This document shows, piece by piece, positions 40,459 through 51,069 of a stretch of 64,000 nt of DNA. The notes beneath the pieces were generated by a model. That model was not told the origin of the DNA. It made no database searches and saw nothing but the letters and a program-made list of their open reading frames with translations. The DNA is from a bacterium (GTDB lineage Bacteria; SZUA-182; DTGQ01; JBLIRR01): contig JBLIRR010000037.1 in NCBI GenBank assembly GCA_049472395.1, positions 20 through 64,019 on the forward strand, written 5' to 3'. Every line of letters starts with the position of its first letter. Positions within the stretch are counted from its first letter, which is position 1. Position numbers and translations under genes: made by a program.

Positions 40459-40974
40459 TCATTTTTCATCCTCCGATAATAGGTTCAGTGTGGTTTGGAT
40501 TTGAGTGAGTGTGGAAAGATTATAGCCTTTTTTGGTGATGACAATCTCATTGTGTGGTCCAGTGATAAGTGTGGTTGGCATTTCTTTGACGTTAAATTTT
40601 TCCATAACTGTTCTTTTTCTATCGAGCAGAATTGGATAACTTACATAAATAGAAGTGCTTAATAACTCATGCAGCGTGTCGGTATTTTCCGGATCAATCA
40701 CAATGGATACCAGGGTTATATCTTTCTCTTTCAATTCAGCATTGATTTTTTCAAGTGCATTTAAATATTGTTTACAGACCTTACACCAGCTTACCCAAAA
40801 CACAATTACGACTCTTTTTCCTCTTTGTTGATTAAGGTAAAACCGCTGGTGATTAGTATCTTCCAGATAAAAATCAGGAGCATGTCCTTGTTCACTCTGA
40901 TGGTTTATGCCGTGGTCTCGGCTACAATTTAAAAATAACATGATACACACAATTATGAGTGCCCTATTTCTCAT
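40459..40974 (-). CDS. TlpA/ResA-like periplasmic thiol:disulfide oxidoreductase (thioredoxin fold, lipoprotein)
   Basis: WCKVCK (CxxC) in VIVFWVSWCKVCKQYL. Lipobox LFLNCS. Confidence 0.75.
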   Translation of the reverse strand: MRNRALIIVCIMLFLNCSRDHGINHQSEQGHAPDFYLEDTNHQRFYLNQQRGKRVVIVFWVSWCKVCKQYLNALEKINAELKEKDITLVSIVIDPENTDTLHELLSTSIYVSYPILLDRKRTVMEKFNVKEMPTTLITGPHNEIVITKKGYNLSTLTQIQTTLNLLSEDEK

Positions 40975-41197
40975 TCATTTTTTCTCTATTCATTTTATTC
41001 TTCTCAGTGTTTATTATTTTCTTAAACCGCGAGAATATAGGTAAGATTATGATCGTGATTATTCCGGTGCCGGCAAAAAAGGCGAAAAGGTAAGGGATTT
41101 GACTTCCGACTGAACTTGAATTGGGATTATATCCCTTTTTTATTCGTAAAATTCTCCCCTTTTTTTTGTATCTTTTAATAATAGCCATTAAATTCAC
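40964..41197 (-). CDS. Small membrane protein, translationally coupled to the tlpA-like gene
   Basis: One TM helix (IPYLFAFFAGTGIITIIILPIF), basic N-terminus, Lys/Glu-rich C-terminus. The 3' end overlaps the tlpA-like start by 11 nt. Paralogous to 38494..38700. Confidence 0.45.
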   Translation of the reverse strand: MNLMAIIKRYKKKGRILRIKKGYNPNSSSVGSQIPYLFAFFAGTGIITIIILPIFSRFKKIINTEKNKMNREKMNEK

Positions 41198-41202
41198 GTG
41201 AT

Positions 41203-42045
41203 TTATAAAATGTTCTGGGATAATCCTCTGTTTAATGCATTCTTCAACCGCTCACTGTTTACGGCTGAATATTCAGCATTCAAGATTACCGTAATTGTTT
41301 GATGCGCTCTGCGATCTGTTTTTTTTATTTTTGGTTCAATAATTCTATTAAAGAGTGCGGCTTCGGCCAGCTTCACATCACATTGTTCAAAATCAGTTGC
41401 GCGTAATTTTTCGATTGACTGCATTTCATACAGTACACAAAGTGCATACGTTCTATTAATAATATTTTCCAATCTGTTGGCAGCAGTAATATAATCTGCT
41501 TCATTATTCGATTTTAATTGAGTAAGTGCAAGGTCCGCTTCTCTTTCGAGTTGTTTTTTGCCATGAAAAAAATCCTTATCTCTTCGGGTAAAAGTAGGTC
41601 TTATTCCATTAAAGAGTGCTGATATTTGGTATGCACTACTTTTCCTTGCAGCTTTGTCGGCATTGGCCATTGAACCTATCAAATCTCTTATCTTCATTAC
41701 CGCAATGTGCTGGAGTCCTTTGGCCAGAGTTTGCTGATTTACTTTTGTACGTTCATTATGTGCACATTTTTCAATCGCATCCTGGATGGCTTTGTGATAA
41801 TCAGTATTATTTTTCTCATCTACTTCTTTTACCAATTTTGAGCATATATTATATTGCTCTCTAATTGCATTCCAATTAGGATTATCCTGTTTTCTCATAT
41901 GCTCAATAACGACCTCAGCTTTTGCAAACTCTTTTAGGTATGCAAGGCTCTCTGCTCCCTGGCCACTTTTATGGCATGATAAGATATTAAGTCCAATAAA
42001 TTCAATAAATATGATTAATAACAAAGATAATGCTTGTCTTTTCAT
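41203..42045 (-). CDS. Hypothetical periplasmic alpha-helical (lipo)protein
   Basis: Signal peptide with LSCH. Helical, Lys/Glu-rich. Confidence 0.45.
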   Translation of the reverse strand: MKRQALSLLLIIFIEFIGLNILSCHKSGQGAESLAYLKEFAKAEVVIEHMRKQDNPNWNAIREQYNICSKLVKEVDEKNNTDYHKAIQDAIEKCAHNERTKVNQQTLAKGLQHIAVMKIRDLIGSMANADKAARKSSAYQISALFNGIRPTFTRRDKDFFHGKKQLEREADLALTQLKSNNEADYITAANRLENIINRTYALCVLYEMQSIEKLRATDFEQCDVKLAEAALFNRIIEPKIKKTDRRAHQTITVILNAEYSAVNSERLKNALNRGLSQNIL

Positions 42046-42058
42046 TGTGCCCCCTTTG

Positions 42059-44305
42059 TTATAGTCTAAATATGATTAATAAATGCTCATTTGCATAATA
42101 AATAGTGACATACACTAATCCCACTGCAAATATTAAATTAATTATCATTCCAAATAAAGTTGTAATTATTATCTTATTTCCAGAATGATTATCTGAACCT
42201 CTCAAGATTTTATCGGATAACACATATGAAAAAGGGTACCCGAACGTAAACGCCGCAGCCACACCGGTTGTGATTTTAATAAGTTCAGTTACGGATGAAA
42301 ACTGTTCGGCGATCAACCAACTGGCACACGAAAAAATAATCAACAGAATCAGAAATGCGAGTAAGGTTTTAAGCATTTCATGTAACCGAATCCCCAGCGG
42401 AGGTAAAAAAATATTAAACAGTATCATCAAAACGGGCACTAACAGACAGATCACATTCAGGTTTTTACGTCTTAAATTCCTTTGTGCCCGGTTGATTTGC
42501 GCCTTTATTTCATCCGATGAAGCTGGCGAGGTTCGCAGAGCGTGATTAAATGCCTTGATCGCTTCTGTATAGTTTCTCGAATCATAATAGGTTTCACCGA
42601 TCTCCCACCAGACATCTTTTGCATATGGGTGATCTGGATACTTATTTAAAAGAGTCAAATACGTTTCTTCTGCTTTGTGAGCATCACCACTGCGGTACTG
42701 ATTTGCCAGCCAATAATAAATAACAGGTATAATTGCGGCATCCTTGTAGTGCTCTGTTATTCTTTTTGCTTTATCTAACACCTTTTTTTTATCTGCCGAA
42801 TTATTTTTAATGCGTAAAAATTCTACTTTTCTTATGTGTTCAAATTGACGTAAAGGTTCAAAATTGTAATCCGCATATTTGGCTATGTATTTCAGTCTTT
42901 GCTGTGCCAGGGGAGTCAACGTACTGTTGGGGTAATCGGATAATAGTTCACAGGTTCGCTCTTCTTTTAGAGGGGAAAATTTGAGGGTGATTTCATCACC
43001 TGTAGTGAGCAAAACCGCATATGTGGCTTCAATGTTTACATCAACCCGGATGGCGGCTGTTTTCTTATGAATTTTACTCTCTACCAGAGGCAGGTGCATG
43101 TAATTAATTGTATCAATCTCTTTTTTTGCTATCTCCGGCCCAGGTATAAAAACAAACGCGATTTTATTGGAAGGAAAATTTCTATTATGGTCAAGGATTC
43201 GTTTATGCAACGCAGAACGCCTCACTGCGTGTTCCGTAACTTTGTGGCTGTTTTCCCGGAGAATAATACCGATTGTATGGGCGACCGGCGAATCCAATAA
43301 TTGAATGAGTGCGGATTCTTCCTTAAGAAAAATCAAACTGAGGCCACCCCAATCAAATTTCCAGGAGCTCCCCGTTTCATTGAGTTGCTTCACATTTTGT
43401 ACCGCCTCTTCTCCCAGTCTGTCCTGTAATTGTTTTAGATAAAGACTGCGTGTACTTACATGGGAACCCTGGTTGTCATAATATCCACGATAAACACCCA
43501 GTTTTCCATCCTCACCTGGATATACAAGGGCCGAATCATTACCTGAAGGCAAGTCTTCGAGGCCACTGCCCTCCCCTTCCTCGACTATATCTGAAGGTGA
43601 GATTTCGCCCTCATCGATCTCCTCTTCCTCGACTGTCACGAAGAGTGTGGCGGATGTGCTATCACCATCATTGTCGATAGCGACTGCGAGGAGTTGGTAG
43701 GTGCCGGGCGCACAATTAAGCAACAACGGATCATCGAAGTTATCGTTTGCAGTGCCCCATTCATAGGGTGCTTCTCCCTCATCGCGAACGAGTGAATTGT
43801 TTATATACAGAGATACTTTACTGATGCTCCCGTCCGGGTCTGACGCCTCAACAACAACACCGAGGTTTGATGAAACGGTGCCGGCACTAGGCTGAATGAA
43901 TGAAACGGTTGGGCTCTGGTTACCGGCACCGACAGTAAAAGAAACCTCATACTCAAGGATGTATGAGTTATTAAAAAACAGACGAGCCTCATACTCGCCA
44001 GGGGTGGCCAAGCCGTCGAATCGCATTGTTCCATTCACGGCTCCATTTGAGTAGATGCATTGCAGATATGCATCGTGAGAAGTGCCTGCGACATAAATAC
44101 CAATCCAGTTCGTAGCATTTGCTGAAAGGTTGGAATAGTTCACAACGATAGTTTCATTCACGTCATACGTTATCTTGGACAAGTTGAGTGATGGGAGCAA
44201 AGAGTTAATCGCAGAACATGCAAAAGCGGTGATGAGTGATGATGCCACGATCATATGCTTAAGTTTCAGGTTCTTTATCATTGGCAGGTTAAAAAACCGT
44301 TTCAT
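42059..44305 (-). CDS. Membrane protein with N-terminal Ig-like domains, acidic linker, TPR region and C-terminal polytopic TM domain
   Basis: Signal/TM. Ig-like domain ...SPTVSFIQPSAGTVSSNLGVVVEASDPDGSISKVSLYINN.... Acidic run EEEEIDEGE. TPR (…AIKAFNHALRTSP...). Four to five C-terminal TM helices. Confidence 0.55.
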   Translation of the reverse strand: MKRFFNLPMIKNLKLKHMIVASSLITAFACSAINSLLPSLNLSKITYDVNETIVVNYSNLSANATNWIGIYVAGTSHDAYLQCIYSNGAVNGTMRFDGLATPGEYEARLFFNNSYILEYEVSFTVGAGNQSPTVSFIQPSAGTVSSNLGVVVEASDPDGSISKVSLYINNSLVRDEGEAPYEWGTANDNFDDPLLLNCAPGTYQLLAVAIDNDGDSTSATLFVTVEEEEIDEGEISPSDIVEEGEGSGLEDLPSGNDSALVYPGEDGKLGVYRGYYDNQGSHVSTRSLYLKQLQDRLGEEAVQNVKQLNETGSSWKFDWGGLSLIFLKEESALIQLLDSPVAHTIGIILRENSHKVTEHAVRRSALHKRILDHNRNFPSNKIAFVFIPGPEIAKKEIDTINYMHLPLVESKIHKKTAAIRVDVNIEATYAVLLTTGDEITLKFSPLKEERTCELLSDYPNSTLTPLAQQRLKYIAKYADYNFEPLRQFEHIRKVEFLRIKNNSADKKKVLDKAKRITEHYKDAAIIPVIYYWLANQYRSGDAHKAEETYLTLLNKYPDHPYAKDVWWEIGETYYDSRNYTEAIKAFNHALRTSPASSDEIKAQINRAQRNLRRKNLNVICLLVPVLMILFNIFLPPLGIRLHEMLKTLLAFLILLIIFSCASWLIAEQFSSVTELIKITTGVAAAFTFGYPFSYVLSDKILRGSDNHSGNKIIITTLFGMIINLIFAVGLVYVTIYYANEHLLIIFRL

Positions 44306-44730
44306 GGTTAATTCCTTACATTATAGTGTATTGTCAAGACATTGCTCATATCATCCCTCTCAGTCCAATTCCTGCTATTATCCAAACTCTTGGCTATTCT
44401 TTATAAGCAATCATTCTCTTGATATCTGATACACTATGTATAATGCGTGGACTTAATTTCTCTAAACCTTTGAAACGGTTTTGTACGTTGTTTTCAATTA
44501 AATTTCTCTATTGGCTATACATTAATTTTTAGCAAGACTAATGCCAGAGAAATATTTAGCGTGGGCCTTATAACTTATTGTTTTTACGATATGGCAAAAC
44601 AATTTTTGTTCTGAGGTGACAAATCTCGTCATTTTCCTCTTTTTTTCAAGAAAATGCCACAGAAAAGTTGGTTTCTTTTGTAAATTTTTATACTATAGCT
44701 CTATGAGCGATAGCAATTAATACTTGAGCT

Positions 44731-45258
44731 TTATTTGAGCCGCAACGGAATGCCAACCTCCATTTTATATACCTCATCAGCTTCTCTGGCTACGAGCTGA
44801 TTCATAAATCCACTTATATCCCTGAACTGCCGGGCAAGTTGATTATCCGGAACAATCCCTGATCCAGTGTCATTCGAGATAATGGCCACAATGGGATCAA
44901 TCTGCTTAATTGTGCGGAGCAATTCCTGGATGGTGTGCATGATTTTCTCTTCCGGCTTTTCCGATGCTTCGTGCATAAGAATGAGATTTGATAAATAGAG
45001 GGTTAAACAATCAATAATAACTATTTGGGTTGACTTATCAAGTTCGAGCAATCTGTTATCTATTTTTATTGGTTCTTCGACAGTCGTCCAATGAGAAGGT
45101 CTGTCCTCCTGATGTTTCCTTACACGATCTTGCATCTCGCTATCGAGGATTTGAGCTGTTGCTAAATACACTACTTTTTCATACTTCTCTGCTAATTTTA
45201 TACAATAGGAGGTCTTGCCACTTCGACATCCTCCCACTATAAAGATAAGTCTTGACAA
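44731..45258 (-). CDS. cobU: Adenosylcobinamide kinase / adenosylcobinamide-phosphate guanylyltransferase
   Basis: P-loop IFIVGGCRSGKTSY, about 175 aa. Confidence 0.85.
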   Translation of the reverse strand: MSRLIFIVGGCRSGKTSYCIKLAEKYEKVVYLATAQILDSEMQDRVRKHQEDRPSHWTTVEEPIKIDNRLLELDKSTQIVIIDCLTLYLSNLILMHEASEKPEEKIMHTIQELLRTIKQIDPIVAIISNDTGSGIVPDNQLARQFRDISGFMNQLVAREADEVYKMEVGIPLRLK

Positions 45259-45271
45259 GTTTTCTCCTCCC

Positions 45272-46027
45272 TTAGTTTTTAAATCTCTGCCCTGCTACTA
45301 TAAAAAGCAAGCTTATAACTTCCATTACTTCATTGCTGGCACCTAACGTATCACCGGTTATTCCACCTAATTTATATTTTAGATATTTAATCACACATAC
45401 ACACAGTGCTATGATGAGTAGGATTAATAGAGCACCCCAAATTCTAAACAGACCTATAGAAAGGACAATAGGGATTAAGCTGGCCTTCATTAAATGGTTC
45501 CGATTAACATAATCGGCAAAGATTTTTCCCAGTTTCCCCGTATCTCGTGCATAGGGGCTTAGAGCAGTGATAAATACCATTGCCCATCGTCCAAGTACTG
45601 GCATACAAAGTAGTGCTTTATTTTTTATAGCGGGTATCATACAAGACAAACAGGCCCACTTTAATCCCAGAAGGCATATTAGGCTTATCACACCCATGCT
45701 TCCTAAATGGCTGTCTTTCATTATTGTTAATATGTGTTCTTTGTCAGATCCTGCATAGAAAGCATCAAAACAATCGCCGAGACCATCTAAATGCAACGCT
45801 CCTGTGAGATAAATGAGAGAAATGATCAATATTATGTCCACAACAGCTCTAGGGAATAAGTATAAGAGGATAAAATTTTCAAGTACTAGCATAGCGCCGA
45901 TCAAAAGCCCTATGAGTGGGAAATGAATCATTGAATCAGCCAGATCTTCCTCTCGTAGCTGCGTCTTCCCGGATTCGATTTTAATTATAGTTAAAAATTG
46001 CAGTGCTATTATAATCTTATCTATCAT
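45272..46027 (-). CDS. cobS: Adenosylcobinamide-GDP ribazoletransferase (cobalamin synthase)
   Basis: About 250-aa polytopic membrane protein with the CobS pattern ...YLTGALHLDGLGDCFDA... Sits between cobQ and cobU. Confidence 0.8.
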   Translation of the reverse strand: MIDKIIIALQFLTIIKIESGKTQLREEDLADSMIHFPLIGLLIGAMLVLENFILLYLFPRAVVDIILIISLIYLTGALHLDGLGDCFDAFYAGSDKEHILTIMKDSHLGSMGVISLICLLGLKWACLSCMIPAIKNKALLCMPVLGRWAMVFITALSPYARDTGKLGKIFADYVNRNHLMKASLIPIVLSIGLFRIWGALLILLIIALCVCVIKYLKYKLGGITGDTLGASNEVMEVISLLFIVAGQRFKN

Positions 46028-46048
46028 GGTTGTTCATTTATTGTAAGC

Positions 46049-47578
46049 TTAGTTAAGGAGTTTGTAAATTGCATCCATGTCGAGATTTTCTCTAACATGA
46101 ATAGCAAGCTTATCATATTCCCTTTGATTTTCCATTAAATTGACCTGAGGATTGTGCGGCAAGTTTCTAAGACCTCTTTTCTTGCGAAGAAGGTTGATAA
46201 AGTCCCTTCTGAATAGATGATTAGCGAACAGATCATGGATATACGTCCCCCAAATTTGCCCATCTTCTGATAGTGCTCCATCCTCTAATTCCACAGACTT
46301 GTTTGAACGTTGTATTATTGTGCAAAATGCCTTAGTCTTATCTTCCCGATTTGTCTCACCCACATGAATTTCATAACCTTTAATTTCCCTGACATTATCC
46401 GAAGGAAAAGAACAAAGAGCAGTAATCTGGGATGTTATCTTTTGTTGAGCAAGTGTAGTATTTACATTGAGCAATCCGAGACCGGCGATAACTTTTTGCC
46501 TGCTTTCCATACTATATGGATCCTCAATTTTTTTCCCCAGCATCTGATATCCACCGCATACTCCTAAAACCATGCCCCCATCCTGTGCATACCGACATAT
46601 CGCTTCTGAATATCCTGCTTTTTTTAAATAATTAAGATCATCAATAGTATTTTTACTTCCAGGGATGATGATAGCATCGGCAAAACCAATGGACTCTCCT
46701 TGTCCAATATATCGTAAATGGACATCAGACTCATTTTCAAGTGGATCAAAATCAGTAAAGTTTGATATATGGGGAAGATACATGACAGCTATTATAATTT
46801 TAGTGATATTACAAACAGTGTTGTTCATTTTCTCTTGAGGCACGCTGTCTTCTTCCTTGATATATATGTCCTTGAAATAGGGGATAATGCCAAGCACTGG
46901 CAGGTTTGTCTTCTTTTCAATAAATTCTATGCCTGATGTTAAAAGATCTTTATCACCTCGAAATTTGTTTATAATGATACCCTTTACTGATTTTCGTTCC
47001 TTTTGTGTCAATAATGCCAATGTGCCTACAATCCAGGCAAATGCGCCTCCCTTATCAATATCGACCACTAATAATACGGGCGCTTCGGCAAGATGAGCGA
47101 TCTTCATATTAACAATATCATTTTTCCGTAAGTTGATTTCAGCAGGACTGCCAGCTCCCTCAATTACAATAAGATCGAATTGGGATGATAACCGGTTGTA
47201 ACTATCTTTTATTGCCTTGAAGGCATCTTTTTGATAATTATAGTATTGCTTAACTGACATATTTGTATGAAGTTTCCCCTGCACAATGACCTGGGCCCCA
47301 ATATCAGTATTAGGCTTTAAAAGTATAGGATTCATATCCACCGTAGGCTCAATATTAGCTGCTTCTGCCTGAGTAGCTTGTGCCCGTCCAATTTCGCCCC
47401 CGTCAATTGTAATATAAGAGTTCAAGGCCATATTCTGTGATTTAAAGGGAGCAACGTTATAACCATCTTGATAGAATATGCGGCATAGGGCGGCAACTAT
47501 CACACTCTTGCCCACATGAGAGCCGGTGCCCTGCACCATGAGAGCCTTAGCTTTTCTCTGAGACATGAGCTTCTCCAA
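46049..47578 (-). CDS. cobQ: Cobyric acid synthase
   Basis: N-terminal ATPase GTGSHVGKS and C-terminal glutamine amidotransferase domain with GVCGGYQMLG. 509 aa. Confidence 0.85.
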   Translation of the reverse strand: MEKLMSQRKAKALMVQGTGSHVGKSVIVAALCRIFYQDGYNVAPFKSQNMALNSYITIDGGEIGRAQATQAEAANIEPTVDMNPILLKPNTDIGAQVIVQGKLHTNMSVKQYYNYQKDAFKAIKDSYNRLSSQFDLIVIEGAGSPAEINLRKNDIVNMKIAHLAEAPVLLVVDIDKGGAFAWIVGTLALLTQKERKSVKGIIINKFRGDKDLLTSGIEFIEKKTNLPVLGIIPYFKDIYIKEEDSVPQEKMNNTVCNITKIIIAVMYLPHISNFTDFDPLENESDVHLRYIGQGESIGFADAIIIPGSKNTIDDLNYLKKAGYSEAICRYAQDGGMVLGVCGGYQMLGKKIEDPYSMESRQKVIAGLGLLNVNTTLAQQKITSQITALCSFPSDNVREIKGYEIHVGETNREDKTKAFCTIIQRSNKSVELEDGALSEDGQIWGTYIHDLFANHLFRRDFINLLRKKRGLRNLPHNPQVNLMENQREYDKLAIHVRENLDMDAIYKLLN

Positions 47579-48602
47579 AGGTAGCCATTTCTGTATATAG
47601 TTTTAGCGCAGCTTCGATAAGGTTTATCTCCAATGCCGCGCCAGTACCCTCTCCTAATCGAAGATCAAGGTCAAGAAAAGGCTTTTGGCCTATTTTGTCT
47701 AATAGTACCTGATGCCCGGCTTCCTGGGATCTATGGGATGCTATAATATAATCCTTGATTTTTGGTTCGATCTCTGTGGCGATCACTGCGCCAGCGGTCG
47801 CTATAAAGCCATCGGTAACAACAGGAACTCTTCTCTGGGCAGCGGCAATGACAACGCCAGCTAAGCCTCCGATCTCAAATCCCCCTACTTTTGCCAGAAC
47901 ATCAAGCGGATCGTTCGGGACGGGCTTATTGATTTCGATAGCCTTTTTAATCGTTTGTATCTTATTATCAAGCATCTGATCAGTGATCCCGGTCCCTTTC
48001 CCTGTAACTTTCTCAACTGGTTCTCCTGTTATTACAGCCGTTATGGCGCTGCTGGCTGTTGTATTGCCAATGCCCATATCTCCAATACCGGTGATATCAA
48101 TTCCATTATCATATTCATTGCTGAAGATCTCAATACCAGCTTCAATTGATTTTATAGCCTCATCACGAGTCATAGCAGAACCTTTAACCATATTTTGAGT
48201 TCCGTAACCTATTTTCTTGATAATGAGGCCTGCCCTTGGCTTTAGATCTGATGCTACTCCCAGATCTGCGATAACAACCCGCGCACCAATATGACGTGCA
48301 AGAACATTTATGCCTGCCCCGCCATGGAGAAAATTATACACCATCTGAGCTGTAACTTCAGATGGATAAGCACTTATTCCCTCCTGCGTAACTCCGTGAT
48401 CACCAGCAAACGTAAATAGTACTTTTTTCTTTAGACGAGGCCATTCTTGACCTGTAATTATCACCAGTCTTTTTGCTATCTCTTCAAGTCTGCCTAAACT
48501 TCCCTGCGGTTTTGTAAGACTATCCAATCTTCTTTGTGCTATCTGTTCTAGTTGTGTATCACAGGGAATGATCTTTGATATGAGCCTGCTAATATCCTTC
48601 AT
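47547..48602 (-). CDS. cobT: Nicotinate-nucleotide--dimethylbenzimidazole phosphoribosyltransferase
   Basis: ...GIGDMGIGNTT... motif and Gly-rich CobT fold, about 350 aa. Overlaps cobQ by 32 nt. Confidence 0.85.
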   Translation of the reverse strand: MKDISRLISKIIPCDTQLEQIAQRRLDSLTKPQGSLGRLEEIAKRLVIITGQEWPRLKKKVLFTFAGDHGVTQEGISAYPSEVTAQMVYNFLHGGAGINVLARHIGARVVIADLGVASDLKPRAGLIIKKIGYGTQNMVKGSAMTRDEAIKSIEAGIEIFSNEYDNGIDITGIGDMGIGNTTASSAITAVITGEPVEKVTGKGTGITDQMLDNKIQTIKKAIEINKPVPNDPLDVLAKVGGFEIGGLAGVVIAAAQRRVPVVTDGFIATAGAVIATEIEPKIKDYIIASHRSQEAGHQVLLDKIGQKPFLDLDLRLGEGTGAALEINLIEAALKLYTEMATFGEAHVSEKS

Positions 48603-48629
48603 CTTCTTTCCCCTTTTCTTGTACGAAGT

Positions 48630-50537
48630 TTAGAATGTCAACTTTATCCCGCCATAGAATGATCTTCCCGCAGTGCTATATCCTGGTATTTCCTCATAGT
48701 CTTCATTCAGAAGATTATTTATTTTCCCATGGATCTGAAATAGTGTATTTATATCATACATGGCAGCTAAGTCAAGCCTCCTATAAGCATCGATTTTCTC
48801 TTCATTAGCCACATCGTCCCATCGGTCTCCTACATAATTTAAAGTACAGTAGAGATTGAGTCTTTGCACTGCACTGTAGTCTATAGTGAGGCTCGTTTTA
48901 TTTTTGGGTCGACGGAGCAGCTCTTTTTCTTTTTCCTTATCTTCAGTTTTTGTAAAGGTATGGTTTGCCTTGAGGATTAAGTCTTTGAAAAGTTCAAATG
49001 CTGCTTCAATTTCCCATCCTTGAGTCAAAGCTCGTGAAACATTTTGAGGGGTCCACCTGAATGGATTTTCAGGTCTAGGATCAGGGGCCCATTCAATGAG
49101 GTGTTCAAATTGATTGTGAAAATAACAGAGGGATAGAGAGATACGCTCATTATTCAATTTTTGCTGAATGCCTATATCATAACTTTCAGATTCTTCAGCT
49201 TTTAATTCAGGATTGCCAGAATCGGGCCAATAGAGAGAATTTAATGTCGGGGCCTTAAAGGCTGTGCCCCAATTTACCTTTACTTTCGTCCCCATGTCTT
49301 TAAAAAGATAAGCGATGGATGCTTTATAAGTGGATTCAGATCCGAATGTACTATAGTCGTCTATCCTCCATCCAGCGGATATAAACAGGGATTCATCGAG
49401 AAGATTGAGTTGATTTTGTAGAAATAAAGCCTTATTCACAACGGATTCATCATATCCTGAGTCAATATATTCAGATGTCTCCATACTATATTCAAATCCT
49501 TCATATTCACCCATCTGCTCATTATATTCTGCCCCAAGAACCAGAGTATTTATCTTATTAAAAAGGGAGAGATTATGCTGCCATTGAATAGTGCGATTCT
49601 GGATTTCTATCTCGCTATTATTCCATATGTTTATATCATCCTTGTTATCGTATTTGTTATTGACTAATGAGAAGATGAGGTTATGGTCCCATTGGTCGAG
49701 GATGACGTGATGAAGATTGAGCGAGGAAATAAGGGAGTTGGTTTCCTGGATATAAGAAGGATTATCTTGGCCTATCTCATCAAAGTCCTTGTCGGCCTCA
49801 TTATATCTAAGAGATAGATCAATAGTGTAAGAGCTTGGGAAATCAATGCCAAATCTACTCGCTACAGATTTATTCTTATACCCATCGTCCTCATCCCCAT
49901 CTTTTGCTGCGGAGAATCCTTTAGAATCCTGGTTCGACAAAGAGAGGGAATAATTAATAATATCAGATCCACCGGAGAGAGCATAATTCACACTATACGT
50001 CTCAAAGGAGCCACCTACCAATGAAAGAACATGCTCTGGCTTCCCTCTTCCTTTTTTTGTGATAATATTAACAACGCCACACATTGCATCAGACCCATAA
50101 AGCGTGCTATATGCTCCTCGTACTATCTCAATTCTTTCGATGTTAGCAGTAGAAAGATCAGCAAAATCAAAGTTACCTGTGGTCGGGCTATTCACACGCA
50201 CCCCATCGATTAGGACAAGCGTATGTCTCGAATTACCACCTCTTGTCAAAATATCGGTTAATCCCCCCGGGCCACCGGACTGGATAACATCAATGCCCGC
50301 AACATTTCTTAATACCTCGCCCACTGTTATGGCTTTTTGATTTTCGATTTCTTGCTCGATAATTATCGTAGCAGAGGCAGAGGTCTGCTCCAGTGGTTCT
50401 TCTATCTTAGAGCCTGTAATAATTATTTCTCCAAGATCATAGGTCTTCCCGGCAAAAGCCTCTCTATGAATGAGAATAATTAATAACAGTGCTACAAAAA
50501 AGATCATTGCAAAACGTAAATAAAGTCTTTTAAACAT
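48630..50537 (-). CDS. btuB: TonB-dependent outer-membrane receptor, BtuB-type (cobalamin/corrinoid uptake)
   Basis: Signal peptide. TonB-box-like DLGEIIITGS. Plug domain, 22-strand barrel ending ...GGIKLTF. First gene of the cob operon behind a B12 riboswitch. Confidence 0.8.
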   Translation of the reverse strand: MFKRLYLRFAMIFFVALLLIILIHREAFAGKTYDLGEIIITGSKIEEPLEQTSASATIIIEQEIENQKAITVGEVLRNVAGIDVIQSGGPGGLTDILTRGGNSRHTLVLIDGVRVNSPTTGNFDFADLSTANIERIEIVRGAYSTLYGSDAMCGVVNIITKKGRGKPEHVLSLVGGSFETYSVNYALSGGSDIINYSLSLSNQDSKGFSAAKDGDEDDGYKNKSVASRFGIDFPSSYTIDLSLRYNEADKDFDEIGQDNPSYIQETNSLISSLNLHHVILDQWDHNLIFSLVNNKYDNKDDINIWNNSEIEIQNRTIQWQHNLSLFNKINTLVLGAEYNEQMGEYEGFEYSMETSEYIDSGYDESVVNKALFLQNQLNLLDESLFISAGWRIDDYSTFGSESTYKASIAYLFKDMGTKVKVNWGTAFKAPTLNSLYWPDSGNPELKAEESESYDIGIQQKLNNERISLSLCYFHNQFEHLIEWAPDPRPENPFRWTPQNVSRALTQGWEIEAAFELFKDLILKANHTFTKTEDKEKEKELLRRPKNKTSLTIDYSAVQRLNLYCTLNYVGDRWDDVANEEKIDAYRRLDLAAMYDINTLFQIHGKINNLLNEDYEEIPGYSTAGRSFYGGIKLTF

Positions 50538-50605
50538 TTTTTTCCTCCTGATTTAAGTATTGGTAACCATAGTTTTTAGATCCCATACATTTTTAGGCAA
50601 AAAAA

Positions 50606-50645
50606 AATCCCCATGCCGTTATGGCATGGGGATTACCCTTTTTTA
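50606..50645 (-). terminator. Riboswitch expression-platform intrinsic terminator
   Basis: The minus strand reads CCCCATGCC-ataac-GGCATGGGG followed by ATTTTTTTTT. It lies between the aptamer and the btuB start. Confidence 0.6.
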
Positions 50646-50724
50646 TCCACCAAAACCTTCTATAGATAATATTTATACCTCGTAAATAGTATCCATTATT
50701 ATCACAGCAGGTTTTCTGACTTTC

Positions 50725-50885
50725 GGATCATTCTACTTGCCTCGCCTTCCCATCTTAATGCTTTATACATTAAAGAAAGTGGCAATATGAGGTTTTCGTC
50801 CCCGATTACAGCGGCGGGTCCGTTCCCGATTTACACGAGATTCCCTATTAAGCTCACATTGAGCACAGTAATAATAATCGAGTTA
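50725..50885 (-). promoter_or_regulatory. Cobalamin (adenosylcobalamin/B12) riboswitch
   Basis: The minus strand contains AAUAGGGAAUCUCGUGUAAAUCGGGAACGGACCCGCCGCUGUAAUCGGGGACGAAAACC. This carries the conserved AAUAGGGAA, a GGACCCGCC-(B12 box GCCGCUG, one substitution from GCCACUG)-UAA block and a GGGGA-GAAA segment. Confidence 0.8.
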
Positions 50886-51069
50886 TAACAGAAGATTTTT
50901 GTGTTGTCAAGTAATAATCTTTATTCAGGCAGAGGATGTACTTTTTTGTATAAACATGAAGGTAAAATTTTTAATTTCCTGTAGTATAATATTTTATTGA
51001 GTTAAAAAGTAAATCCTTGTCAATCGGACTTGTATTGCTAAATGCTCCGATAATCATGGAGGCAGTGCG

